A stretch of 54,517 bases of DNA, the filler included, from Jimgerdemannia flammicorona (lineage: Eukaryota): the NCBI GenBank assembly GCA_003990765.1. It is 3 parts of 3 records of this genome, joined end to end, with 100 filler letters (N's around TTAATTAATTAA, not from the genome) between each part and the next. Parts side by side here need not be neighbours in the genome. Positions count along the whole stretch, not along the records: positions 1 to 18,109 come from RBNJ01002302.1; 2 more parts are not named here. One strand, given 5' to 3'. The position numbers and the translations under genes are program-made. Under the pieces are notes generated by a model. It was not told the DNA's origin and did no database searches. It saw nothing but the letters and a program-made list of their open reading frames with translations. The stretch's first letter is position 1, and each line of letters opens with the position of its first letter. Positions 1 to 12,432 of this stretch are shown piece by piece.

Positions 1-2310
1 CCCCATCTCTTCTCAATGAAAGACCACTTTGTCTAACACTATCTCCATCTGCCCACCACTCTGTTCACAGATCCCTTCCACCAAGCAGTGACATTGTCCA
101 CCCTGGAGACCTCAGCCAATCTACCACCCAGTCAGCAGATCTTCCAACAACCCCTCCTACTTTAATAACTTCTTTTGCATATCTAACTGTTGCCCTTCCT
201 CAAAAACCAAAAGCCAATATCCAGCCAACCCTACCCACACTGCTATAATCCACCCTACAGTAAGCCACCCATTGCTGACACCTCCTACTAATTAAGATTT
301 CAAATTCTTCCAGTGACCTCTCACTCTATCTGGCCTCCTCTCCACACCCAGTTAGACCCCTATAACTATCCAAAAATCTCCCAAAACCTCACACTCTCTC
401 AGCCAATGTTCTGGCATTTGCACAAATTCCCCAGCTTGTCCTATATTATAACACTCCTCACAATCTAAGTGGCTACCATCCATCAGATGTCCAGCATGAA
501 AATTCAGCATAATATTCCTCTACAACATCTACCACCATACTACTCAGAACTTGGGAGGAAGCCACCTCTACATCTCAGCACTCTAAGACCAGATTCCTAC
601 CCAATCCCACTCCTCACAAATCCTCACTACCTGCCAACTACTTAGCCAAAGATCCTGGCCAAGTCCTCACTGATACTTCATACTATCACCAAAATCAAAA
701 TCAATAAGTGGAGTCCCCCCCAGAAGCAATCGGTCTCATTGCCACATAGCTGAGCCCTACATCATCTCTCTCTCATTATCTTACCAGCACAGACCTATCC
801 AGTGTACTCCATTCACCACCCCCTACCAGAAGCCCTTATACCTTAGTTGTTAGCTTCCATTTAGACCCACCAGAGAGAGTAAATTTCCTGAGAACCCCCA
901 AGGGGAGAATCTCATCTCCCACACCTTCTGCATCAGTGGTACCCAATCTCCTCCCTGCAGTTCAACAGCCCTTCTCAATCACCAAGCTTACAAGCAGTAT
1001 AGTTGCTTAGAGAAATCCACCAGGCTCAGTCCTCTCCTAATCACCAGTATTGCAAGGGTATCCCAACTGATCTGGGACCTCCTTCCTGCCCAAATCCAAT
1101 CTCTAGCCAGTTTCATCAGCCTCTTTACCACCCAGGCCAGAAAGTCTAAGTGATAAGCTACATACCACAGCTTGGAGAACCAGTAGACATTCAGAATTGA
1201 CACCTGCCTCTCCAGGGAGATGTGACAACTCCCCCAACTTCTAAGAGCCTCCCCCCAAATGGCCATCCTCCTCTCCCACCATACTTACAATAAAACAGAT
1301 CCATATACAGAAAGGAAGATTTCCAGGTACTATACCATCTCTCCTATAGAGACAATTGTTCCAATGATGTCCCCTCCTACCAGCCCATTCCCCAACACCA
1401 TTGTCTCACACTTATGCTAGTTGAGTCTTGTCCCAGAGTACATCTCATACCATTCTACTGTTTCCTTAAGTGCCTCTATGTCTACCACTGATCTAAGTCC
1501 AACTACCATATCATCTACAAAGGCCCCCACCTTCCACACCATACCATACATAGAGAGCTCTGCTACTCTCTGATATATTCTATCTATCAAAAGTTCCAAT
1601 AAAAGGGCATAAAGGATAGGAGACAGCAGGTCTCCTTGTGGAACTCTTTTTCCCAATAGAAATGCCAAACTCCTGTGACCATTACACATCAGCACTGCCC
1701 TACTACTCTCTAATAAATCCAACATAGAGGCCTAAAACCATAGCAGAACACCAATTCTGTCCAGTACCTTGCCCAGCCATATCTGCCAAACACAGTCATA
1801 GGCCTTCTCCTGGTCCAAAAAGACTAGCCTACTATCCAATCTGCAAGCCCAGGCTCCCTCAATAATGCTGTGCACCCAGGCAGTCTCATCCCTTATAAGC
1901 CTGCCTCCTACAAAACCCTGTTACTCCTCACCCAGCACCTGTTGAGCAACTTTCTGTAGCCTTGCAATAACCATCTTAGTCACCAACTTTCTGTTCATAT
2001 CCAGAAGCATGATCAGCCTCCAGTTCTTTGAGTCCTCCCACCTCCTCTTGTCTTTATACAATAAGGCCACCAGCTCTAAGTTCTGCTCTCTAATCCACTT
2101 GCTATCTAGAATAACTTGATTACAGAGAGAAGCTATCTCTCCTATCACTCCAGAAATCTTTACCATCTTCTTCCAAAAGTCCCAAGGTAGCCCATTCTCA
2201 TCAGGTGCTGTCCCAAGCTTAGTTGCTGCTAGGACTCACTAGATCTCCTCCTCTTGGATTGATAAGATCAAGTCATCAAGCCCCTCTACTTACAGCAGCT
2301 CCCACTCCTC
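1..2310 (-). mobile_element. Degenerate L1-clade non-LTR retrotransposon (LINE) ORF2, copy A, 5'-truncated in RT; its 3' end lies beyond the window start
   Basis: Minus-strand RT motifs WRLIMLLDMNRKLV, VPQGDLLSPILY and GAFVDDMVV, plus post-RT SKLWY...WIW. The C-terminal CCHC finger CEECYNIG...PEHWLREC..GDFW lies near 330-470. Many stops are of the TGG->TAG/TGA and CAA->TAA type. Confidence 0.9.
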
Positions 2311-3275
2311 TTTTTTTTTTTTTTTTTTTATAGTCTCTTGGACTGCCCTTTATTACTGCCATCTATAATTCTAACAATACAATGTCACCCCAAACCCTCA
2401 ACCAATGCTCTGTGGACCCAACCCTCTCACCTTGATCTCCCACTGTCTGAGCACAACTCACTCACCCACTATCCAAATTCGCCCACCACTTTTCTGAGAG
2501 ATACACTGTATGAAACCCCTGTGATTCCCCCCACCCTGCCCCCACCCTCGCCACTAGCTATTCAAAATGTCCAATAATAACCATTCCCAATATGCTACCT
2601 TGTCCCCAACTCCAACCTGCTGTCCCTCCTCAAATACATGAACCCAATGCCCAGCCAATCCAACCCATATGGCCAGAGCCCAACCAAGGGTCAGCTATTC
2701 ATCCCCAACCCCACTCACCAGTCTCTAGTAGAGCTCTCCCCATCTCCCCCCTTCCCCTCTCTCCAAGGTACACAGCTCTAACCAGTCTATGATACATCTT
2801 CAAAACTCCTCCAAAACCTTGTACTTGCCAAGCCAATGTTTAGATGTTTGCACCACTCCTCCCTCCTGACCAAAGTTGAAACACTTCTCGCAATCAAATA
2901 CTCCACCATCCACCAAGTGCCCAGACTGATAGTTCAATATCACTTCCACTGAAGAACTCACCACCACACCATCCTGAACTTGGGGGGCAGCCACTTCCTC
3001 ACCTGTTTGCTTCAAAGCCAAAGTCCATTCCAATCCCACTCCTCACCAATTCCAACTCTCTGCCAGGCTTTAGGCCACAGGTCGCCACCCAAGTCCAGCA
3101 GACACTCCATACCATTGCCAAGCTAAAAATCCTCCACTGGAACACCACTCAGTAGAAGCCTGTCTCACTGCTACATCTGCAGTCCCCAATCCTTCTTGGC
3201 TTCCTCACCTTGCCACCAAAGTCCAATTTTCTTAGTGCCATCCACCACCCCCTACCAGAAGCCCATAAACTGCAT
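2311..3275 (-). mobile_element. 5'-truncated 3' end of a related L1-clade LINE (copy B) with poly(A) tail
   Basis: Poly-T at 2311-2329 and AATAAA on the minus strand at 2349-2354. CCHC relic CEKCF...QTSKHWLGK(Y<-C)KVLEEF. 2970-3270 aligns by eye with 545-840 of copy A. Confidence 0.85.
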
Positions 3276-4699
3276 CCTTCTGCTCCCATTCATGGCCACC
3301 ATTACAAGCAGGTCACCAGAGTCAGTACCAACAGGAGACCAGTACAGAGATTTGCAGCAGCCACAGAAGAATGCAATATTATATACTTCATATATAGAGA
3401 AGAAGGCCACTATACAAAGAGTTGTATAACCAAAACAAGATAACTAGAGAACAAACCAATACAGTAGTCATCAAGGAGATTGGTGATACTGATGATGAAG
3501 AATACTATGATGAGCTTAAATTCTACTCCACTATTGAAGGTACCAGAACCTGGTCCAAGCCCTATGATAGGAAGAGCAACAGCAAACCAGTTGGAAGACC
3601 AAAGAAGACCCCAGCTATCACTATTCAAAGCAAGACCCAACCTGAGGAGATTGATCAAGACATGGAGATAGATGAAGTTGTCTGCCAAATTATTGAAGAC
3701 ACCACTCCAGTCTCAGGAGAAAGCAAAAGCAAGAAGAAACATAAGCTGTGCAAGACCAAGATCCACCAGTATGATATTTATAAGGATCTTAAAGAGCAGA
3801 AGGTCAATGCTACTTTTGGACAACTAGCTAAAGTCTCTGCCTTCAGACAGCTGTTGAGGGTAGGACTTGCAACTACTGCCAAGAATCAAGAGTACAAGAT
3901 TGTAGAAGCTCACAATGCACAAGAGGAATCTGAGAACTCAGGTGAAGAATCCAAAGACCAGCACAAGACATCAGCCTATACTCTATACCAGATTGAAGAC
4001 TGTATCTTTGATACCATCATTGATACTGGTACTGAAGGATGCCTCATGAGCAAAAAGGCAATTGACTGCTTAGGCTGGGATATTGAAGAGTCCACTAAGA
4101 TGGTCTATGTTACAGCAGATGGTACATGAGCTACACTCCTTGGCAAAATCTGAGAAGTCCCTATCAAGATAGGAGGAGCTATCATCCTAGTAGATGAGAT
4201 TGTCACAAGCACCACCAACTATGACATCCTCATTGGCAACCAATGGCTTCACAAGGCCAAGGCCATTATTGACCTCAATGCCCAGAAGATGCAGATAAAC
4301 TATAGAGGAAGAAAGGTATAAGTCTCTATCAATGTCCACAAAGGAGTCCTATCAGACATAGAGGAAGGAGATGAAGAGAACACAGAGGTCTTCATGCACT
4401 CAGTGAACAAGAACAAGAACAAGAACCAGAACAAGATACTCAAGCTTACAGATGAGCAGTGGTACAACAAGATCATCAATGGCTATGCCCCTCAAGGAAG
4501 ATGCCCCCATGATACTAGAATATACTGCTCTAAACACCTGAATGACTGCTGGTCCTGTATCAATGAAGTCAGGAAAATCCACCAACAGAAACATGAGCAA
4601 GAAGCTGCCAAAGCAAAAAGGAAAGCTGAAGAAGATGACCAGCCCCCAGAGCTTCAGGCTGACAGTGATGATGAGGAGGAATAAGAATTAGACATCACC

Positions 4700-5110
4700 C
4701 TTAAGGTCAAGAAGTTTCACTCCAAAGCCAAGATCCCAGAATACAAGACTGAAGAAGTTATAGGAATAGATCTTGCCAGCATTCAAGATACTACTTTTGA
4801 ACTACAGACCACCACCCTACTTGGCACTGGAATTGGAGTCAAGCTGCCAGAGAACCATGCCAGAATTATCAAGACCAGGAGCAGTCTGGCCAAAAGCAAA
4901 ATCTCAGTTGAAGGAGGAGTAATTGACTCTAATTACACTGGTGAGATCTTCCTCATAGTCAGAAATCACAATCCCACCACTCTATTCAAAGTCAAGAAGT
5001 ATGACAGAATTGGCCAGATACTGATCCATAAAATCAAGAAGCCCAAGATCATAGAAGCCATCGAACTCATCAAGACTAAGAGAGAAGAACAAGGCTTTGG
5101 ATTTACAGGA
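4700..5110 (+). pseudogene. dUTPase domain within the pol of gypsy 1 (between protease and RT)
   Basis: All five trimeric dUTPase motifs are in frame with PR and RT: GIDL, RSSLA, GVIDSNYTGEI, DRIGQI and REEQGFGFTG. Confidence 0.93.
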
Positions 5111-6623
5111 AGAGGAGCCTATGCTGCCACTAAGATTACCAAACTTGAGCACAAGAAAGACAAGGACCAGAATAAGCATACATATACCATTAGAGAAAAC
5201 TTTCCCCTAGAGGAACAACTTCTCAAGATCCTGCACCTGAACAAAGGAGTACTTGCTATAGACTTTAGAGATATCCACAATCAAGAACCCAAGTACTACT
5301 ATGAAGTTGATACTGGTGATACCAAGCATATCTACCAGAAAGCCAGATCTATACCACCTGCCTACAGAGAATGGCTGCAAGCAGATCTCAAGGAAATGGA
5401 AGAAGCTGGAATTATCAAACAAGCTATCAGCCCCTGGGCCTCACCCATTGTTCTTGCCCTAAAGAAAGGAAGTAAGTCTGGAGAGTTTTCACCAAGACTC
5501 TACATTGACTATAGGAAGCTCAATGCCATCATCAAGAAGGATAGGCAGCCCTTGCCAAATATTCAAAAAATCCTTACCACCCTTGGAAGTGAAGCCAAAT
5601 ACTACACCATCTTGGATCTGTTCTCAGGCTTCCATCAGATTGGTCTCACTTAAGATACCAGTGAGAAATCAGCCTTCATCACACCTGATGCCACCTATAT
5701 CTATCTGTAAATGCCATTTGGAATATATAATGCCCCAGCAAGTTTCTAGCGAATGATGAACAGAGTCTTCAGCAATGAGATTGGAAAATAGCTCTTTGTC
5801 TATATTGATGATGTGATCATCTTCAGCAATACTATATAGAAATATATCAATCACATACAGCTAGCCCTCAAGAAGCTCAAGGAGCATGGCCTCTACATCA
5901 AACCCAAGAAATACAAGTTTATAGCTCAGGAAATCACCTACCTAGGATACCTCATCAATCAGACCAGAATCTATACAGATCCTATGAAGATCGAGACTGT
6001 TGCAGCCTACCCAAGACCCAGAACAACCACAGAAGTCCATGCCTTCCTTGGACTGGTCAGCTACTATAGAAGATTCATCAAAGAATATTCCAATATTACA
6101 GTACCTATCTATGAGCTACTGAAGAAGGAAACCAAATTTGAATGGACCAAAGAGTACCAAGAAACCTTTAATGAACTCAAGACCAGATTGACCCAAGCAC
6201 CTATCCTCAAAAGACCAGACTGGAACCTAGAATTCATTCTGCAGACAGATGCAAGTACTATAGGACTTGGAGCAGTCCTAACTTAGAAGAAAGATGGACA
6301 TGAATATGTCATCTCCTATGCAAGCTGAGGTACCTGTAGAGCAGAACAGAACTACAAGTCAAGCAAGCTTGAATGCTTAGCAGTAGTTTGGGCAGTAGAT
6401 AAGTTCCACTACTACCTAGCCAGAAAATACTTCACTATTCAAACAGACCATTCCACCCTTGCCTGACTATTCCACACCCTGAACCCCAAAGGAATATATG
6501 TCAGATAGATCTACAAACTGCAAGAGTATGACTGCACTGTCAAGCACTGCTCAGGAAGAACCAACACCAAAGCTGATGCACTATCAAGGATACCCTGAAA
6601 CATCCCCATCAAGACTATTCAAT

Positions 6624-7829
6624 ATGAATAAGAAGCTATACTATAGGTTAACCAGCTACCTTGGGTAATGGAAGATGTCCAACCACCTTGAACCCTGGAT
6701 AATCACTATCATCAACCAGACTTGAAAACAGTTTGAACTAGATAACACTATACTCAGAAAAGGAGAAAAGCTAGTAATACCTGAACACAAGAAGTATCAA
6801 GTAATGAAGGAAGTATATGAGCAAGGACACCTAGGAGGAATCAACACATACAACAAGGCAAAAAGAACCATGTAGTAGCCCAAGATGGAAGAAGACCTGC
6901 ACCAATTTGTCAAAGGGTGTGACAAGAGGCAAAAACAGAAACAAGATCAGCAAGACCAAGTATCTAAGTCATTAAGAATTGAGCCTATCTCCTTCCACTA
7001 CATCACAATAGATATTATTGGACCACTACTAGTAACACTATCAGAAAACTGCTATATTATAGTTATTGTAGACCTCTTCACCAAATGGATAGAGGCAGAA
7101 GCATTACAAGAAGCCAATGCCCTCTCTATAGCTGACTTCCTGCACTGAGAAATCATCTGCCACTACAAGACACCAAAGCAAATCACAACAGACTGTAGCA
7201 TAGAATTTATCAATGGATTCCATAAGATAATATATCAGAAATACAAGATTCAGCACATCAAGACCACTGTGTACCACCCTCAAGGAAATAGACAAACAGA
7301 GAGAACCAACAAGACCCTCAAGAATATTCTAGTAAAGATCTCAGAGACATATGAGAATTGGGATAACTATCTCCCAACTGCCCTCTCTGTCCTATGAGAC
7401 ATATGGTCATAGAGCACACACTTTATCCCAAGGGAGCTGCTCTTCAGAGAAGAAGATTCTGATGGAACCTCAGCCACAAATCTAGACCTAACTTGGAGAC
7501 AGGTTGATGCAGAAATCCAGAGACTACACTAAATCAGAAAGAAGGCTGAAGATTATATCACCAAGTCACAAGTGCTGACAAGAAAGAATATGGAAAAGAA
7601 TCACAAGGCTCTAAAACCTATCCAAATCAGAGAAAAGGTTCTATTGTATCAAAATAGAGTAGAAACCTCATGATCACAAAAACTGGAGCCCAAATGGGAA
7701 GGACCCTTCTATATGCAAGATATCAAGAGAACTACCTTCTGGCTTAGAAAAATCTCAGGGACCATACTACCTACCATGGTACATAAGAACAGACTCAAGA
7801 AGTACCACAAACCTATACAAGAGAAGTAA
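6624..7829 (+). pseudogene. Gypsy 1 integrase reading frame (HHCC relic, DDE core, GPF/Y), in a different frame from RT-RNase H
   Basis: One frame runs from ATG 6624 to TAA 7827-7829, with internal stops explicable by C->T/G->A transitions. It contains GHLG...VKGCDK, DIIGPL, IVDLFTKWIEA and KWEGPFY. Confidence 0.85.
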
Positions 7830-8184
7830 AATGTGATGACTGCCTGTGAGGTTCTAGTCCATGAATTATAACAGCATATTCTGTGACCAGCAGGCTATCT
7901 GTCTGGACCATTCTCTAAAGGATATGGTACTGGTAACTACTCATCTGTGAGACTTTTGAAGTCAGAGGAGTTCAAACCATCAACTGATTGATCAAGATCA
8001 GAATCAGGCCCTTACTCTATATGAAGGGAGCAACCCTTCACCATTACACCAAAATACAAAGGAAAGATGCTAGCCCATAAATACCACTTTTTGACCCCTT
8101 GCCAGAGATTATGGGAATAGCAAATTTTTTAGGACTGGACCAATGAATAAGGATGCTCAAGAAGATCCTTATTCAGGAGGAAGA

Positions 8185-9710
8185 TGTAATAGTGACCTCA
8201 GAATGATGACATCAGCACAAGAGACAGCCTTTTCTCACAAGTCACCAGATCAGAGCATAAGAAGATCATATGGCATATGAGATGAGTAATGATGACTAAC
8301 TGTGAGTCATTGTGACCATAGTATGGTATCTTGAGAAATATAAAAGAAGGATTAAGAAACTGTAGTAGCAGCAATCAACAAGACCCACTAATCCCAAAAT
8401 AGCCCAAAGACTTACTACAAATGAAATGCCTGCTGCTTGCCAAACCTCAAGGTCAAGAAACCACCAAGGCACCTCAGTTGAAGAAAGGATGTTCCAAGAC
8501 ATCAGAAGAGCTATGAGGACCCACTCAAGAAGGACTCCTAGTATCAACCTGGGTACTGGTGATCCTTATCATTATATCCTCTACTACTATGAAATGGAAA
8601 CAAGAATCACAATTGCTACTGAATGCCTCCAAATGTGATAGGAGTAAGAAATAGGAAACCTCCTCTACCGGGAGTTCCCACAGGCCAGCACTTAAGAGCT
8701 ACAAGATTCCACTCCTATGGATATATGCGAAATGAGGACAGCTAAGAAGATCCATCAGATCTTCAGACATATACTATGGTCGATCCCCAACTTGGAGTAT
8801 GTTAGAGTCTCAGATTTCAGAGATCAGTTATCCTGTCATATCAATGCACTGGAAGCCAGGGTGGCTACAGAAGCCCAGTCCACTATCACCCTCAATAGTG
8901 ATGAAGTAGAAGACTTCTGGCATCCCATCCTTTAGGACAACCCAGACCAATTTCTGCAAAGATTGATCTCAGTATTCCAAGGCCCAAGCATCCAGATTAG
9001 ACCTCTCCAAGACCCCACATTTGTCCCCTATTTTGTGGAAGAGAACCTCATAGACTGGAGAGCTCCAGATCTCCTTGTTCCCACCACTACTAAATATGAT
9101 GATATCATCAGTGATGACATCATCCCATGTGATCTACATGATCTTGACAAAACATTTGTAGATCTCATCTCCTTTGAAGATATCCTGACCTCTGATGACA
9201 AGGATGAAGCCCCCATGGTCTTGAACATTCTGCTCTAAGTCTCTTATTATACTGGATAATGCCAGCACCAGTATTCTGAGGTGACACAGAATTGTTCCAG
9301 TACTAGTATTTTGATATAATACTAAATAATACCAGTACCAGTATTCTGATGTGATACTGAATAATACCAGTATCCTGAACTTGTACAACCATCAGTGCTG
9401 ACTCTGGAACTTAGTAGTTTTAGTTATTGGAATTTATATTTAGCTTTATATCTTAGCAATCATTGAATTATATTTTGTATAAATTCTCCTCTTATTTCCT
9501 CTAAAATAAAGTGAGTTCTGGTTTTACTTACACACACTTCCTTATAAGCAATCTAAGAAATAACAAGATAGTTAAAGATAAGAAGTTTAAGGACTATAAG
9601 ACCTTGAGAAGGCACTCCAATAAGAGCTTGCTTATAACAAACTTGAGTTAGTCTAAGAGATATACCTTGAAGAGAATCTGGTATATTTGAAGGACTCAGT
9701 GACCACTACA
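8185..9710 (+). repeat. Putative 3' LTR of gypsy 1 (~1.53 kb)
   Basis: The polypurine tract AGGAGGAAGA (8175-8184) is directly followed by TGTAATAGTGAC. The end GTGACCACTACA (9699-9710) is its imperfect inverted repeat (TG...CA). AATAAA lies near 9505. The 5' LTR is not in the window, so this is unconfirmed. Confidence 0.65.
8426..9238 (+). pseudogene. ~270-codon accessory ORF of unknown function inside the putative LTR
   Basis: Track ORFs 8426-8638, 8717-8935 and 8963-9238 share one frame. The intervening stops are TGA/TAG/TAA, revertible to CGA/CAG/CAA. Confidence 0.7.
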
Positions 9711-9789
9711 TGACAGTATAGAGAAATCTAACAAGCTAAAGATCATTAAATTTGGATGTATTTTTGTCAAATTATTATATTTTAAAAAA

Positions 9790-9892
9790 TAGAGTTCAAA
9801 TCAAATCTCAAATTGAATCAGAGCTTTGATTCAATTTGAATGAAATCAAATTTGAGTTAAATTCAATTTAATTTAATTTATTGGAAGCACTG
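9790..9892. mobile_element. Possible terminus of a DNA transposon or MITE (hAT-like)
   Basis: Ends in GGAAGCACTG (reverse complement CAGTGCTTCC, like hAT termini). It has dense TCAAA/TTGAA subterminal repeats and the inverted repeat CAAATTGAATCA-gagct-TTGATTCAATTTG. Confidence 0.4.
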
Positions 9893-12399
9893 ACTTTATT
9901 ATAATAGGTTAGTAGAAAAATGTTTCAAGTTACTATTCAAATTAGTCACTATAATTTAGCTATATATTATATCAAGTATACTAGGCAACCAGAACTGCCC
10001 TACTATATCAAATTATATAAATAATCCAGAGAGTCAAAGAAGGACACAAAGTATTTCTAGCTACTATACTATATTAGAATTTAAGATTAATATTCCTAGC
10101 TAATATACTGTACCAGAATTTGAAATTTATATTCTTAATAAAAATAGTTAAATATTATCAGAAATAGTTATCTATAGTTAGCTACATAGCAACAAGATAG
10201 CAATGATAACTATATAAAATACCTCAGAGATAAGAGTGAATAAACTGTAGTCAAAAATTGAAACCAAAAAGCAAAAGACATTTCTGTCTACCATACTTTA
10301 AGAGATATATCTGCCAAAAGCTACTTAATTTAGAAAGAATTATAATACTTAGAAGAAATATCTACTCTAAAGCTACTTTTAAAAGATTGTGAATTTGATA
10401 TTCTTTTTCACTTTAGTTTACTTTCTGATATAAAGAAGTCTGACATTTTCAAGTAATATGCTATTTTAAAGAAGAAGTCCACCTATACAAAGTTAGTCTA
10501 GAATAAGATATATCTTTATAATAAATTTATTCATACAAATGAAATAGTCTTTGATATAACTTTTCTCACTGCTATATTCTTGATCTTCTTTCCAAATAAG
10601 ACAGAAGAGAAATCTGTCTATTTGGAAAAACTCCACATTATTCAAGTTATTTAAAAAGTCTACTAATTCAAGAAGAATTTATATTATTTACCATATTTAA
10701 GAAATCTGCTTTATTTAAAGAATCTACAAAAATTGTTTTTATTGTATCAGACCATCTAATTAGAAAAATTGCTAAATTATCTATTATGTAAACAAGGGAA
10801 CTTACTCAGGAATCCAGTATAATACTACTAAATACTAATAAGGATATCAGAAATCATTGAACATTTGATACTTTTGACAAAGTAACTAGAGACTCAAGCT
10901 AATTTACATAGTAGTTTCAATCTTATAATTTATCTCTATTGAGCTAGTATATTATATTTGTAGGCTTAACTAGAAAGATTTTCTTTAAATCAATATTACT
11001 TATTATCTTATAAGAACTTGATAACCAAACTAGATATATTTGATATAATATCAATCTTTGCCAAAATAGAAGAATGGGTCATTTTCTATATTTGGACAAA
11101 AAGAGAATTAATTACCTTAAAACTTACCAAATATTTAGTATTAAAAGGATCTCAACTAGAGGCTAGTATATGTAGTACTGAATCTTCAACCAGTATCAAC
11201 AGACTTACTACCAGAAGATCTGATCCAATAAAATCAACTAGATTAACTAGACAATATAGACAGCTCTGCCAGAAACATCACCAAGTTTATATAAGAATCT
11301 GAAGATCTTATTATATAATTCTGATTTCCTCAAAAGCTCCACCAGTCTCTCTCATCAAACCACTATCAGAACCAATAACTACAGAATCAGAGAAATCAGA
11401 AATAGCTCCTTCAAGAATACCTAGACCTACTATATCTCACTCAAGATCAATAATATTATCTTCAGAATACTCAAGAATTCTAAGCTCTAGTAACAACTCT
11501 AACAACTCAGAAAGTAAATCAGAACCTGAATCAGAACCAGAAGACAGTAATGATGAAAGAGTCATCTCAATAGCAATCTTTATAGAATATCTAAAAGAGA
11601 ATATAAGAGAATTTTATAATAGAATTAAAGAAATCACAACTCTAAAGAACCTCTCTATATAGAGAAAAGTCACTATCTAAACCAGTTAAGAGAATTTTCA
11701 ACTGAGTAGCAAGTGATGTATATTCAGACCTCAGAGCAGTCACCTATATAGTACAATCCTGAGAAAAGAAATATAGAGCCATAACCTACTAACTTATTGA
11801 AAAATATACAGAAAATAAATCTATCAAAAGGCTCAAGAATCTATCATACAAATGAAGATAAATCTTGAAGAATTACCTAGAGCATTATTTATTAGAATTT
11901 AGAAAAATATATATATATATAGTTAGTTCAATACTACTAATTAAGATATTATAAATCTAATAAGCTTTATGAATAGAATCTCTATAGTATATTTACAATC
12001 TAGATATTGGAAAGTCTGATGAATAAGTAGATATAGCTTAAGGATTATTTAATATTAGACAAAGAACTATCTGAAGTAATTATAATAAGAAGAATAATAA
12101 AAAAGACCTCCTGATCAAAACCTTGTAAAGACTCCTTTAAGAATGTGGAAAATCTGAAGCAGAGAAGTCAGCCAAGGAGTAGAAGAGAGAGAGAAATGAA
12201 ATCTAAGACCTTAACTCCAAGTTGGACCAATTGATTGAGTAAATCAAAAATGCACTATATGTAAAAATCAGAGTTACCTACAGAATAACAGAGGATATAA
12301 ACCACAGAAGAATCAAGGCTACTCACTTAGAGATAATCAGAACTATTAGCTACAAGAAGAAAAAAGATATCTAGTTAGAGATAGAGCCCAAGTCTAACA

Positions 12400-12400
<1 letters not shown>

Positions 12401-12432
<32 letters not shown>

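Larger units (their letters stand above)
3276..9710 (+). mobile_element. Degenerate Ty3/gypsy LTR retrotransposon 1 (gag remnant, PR, dUTPase, RT, RNase H, integrase, accessory ORFs, 3' LTR); 5' part displaced by the LINEs
   Basis: Zn-knuckle relic at 3384-3425 (YFIYREEGHYTKSC), protease IIDTG at ~4015, RT YIDD at 5801-5812, RNase H LQTDAS at ~6240, integrase DIIGPL and YHPQ.N.QTER, and KWEGPFY. The RT-RH-INT order is gypsy-type. Confidence 0.93.
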
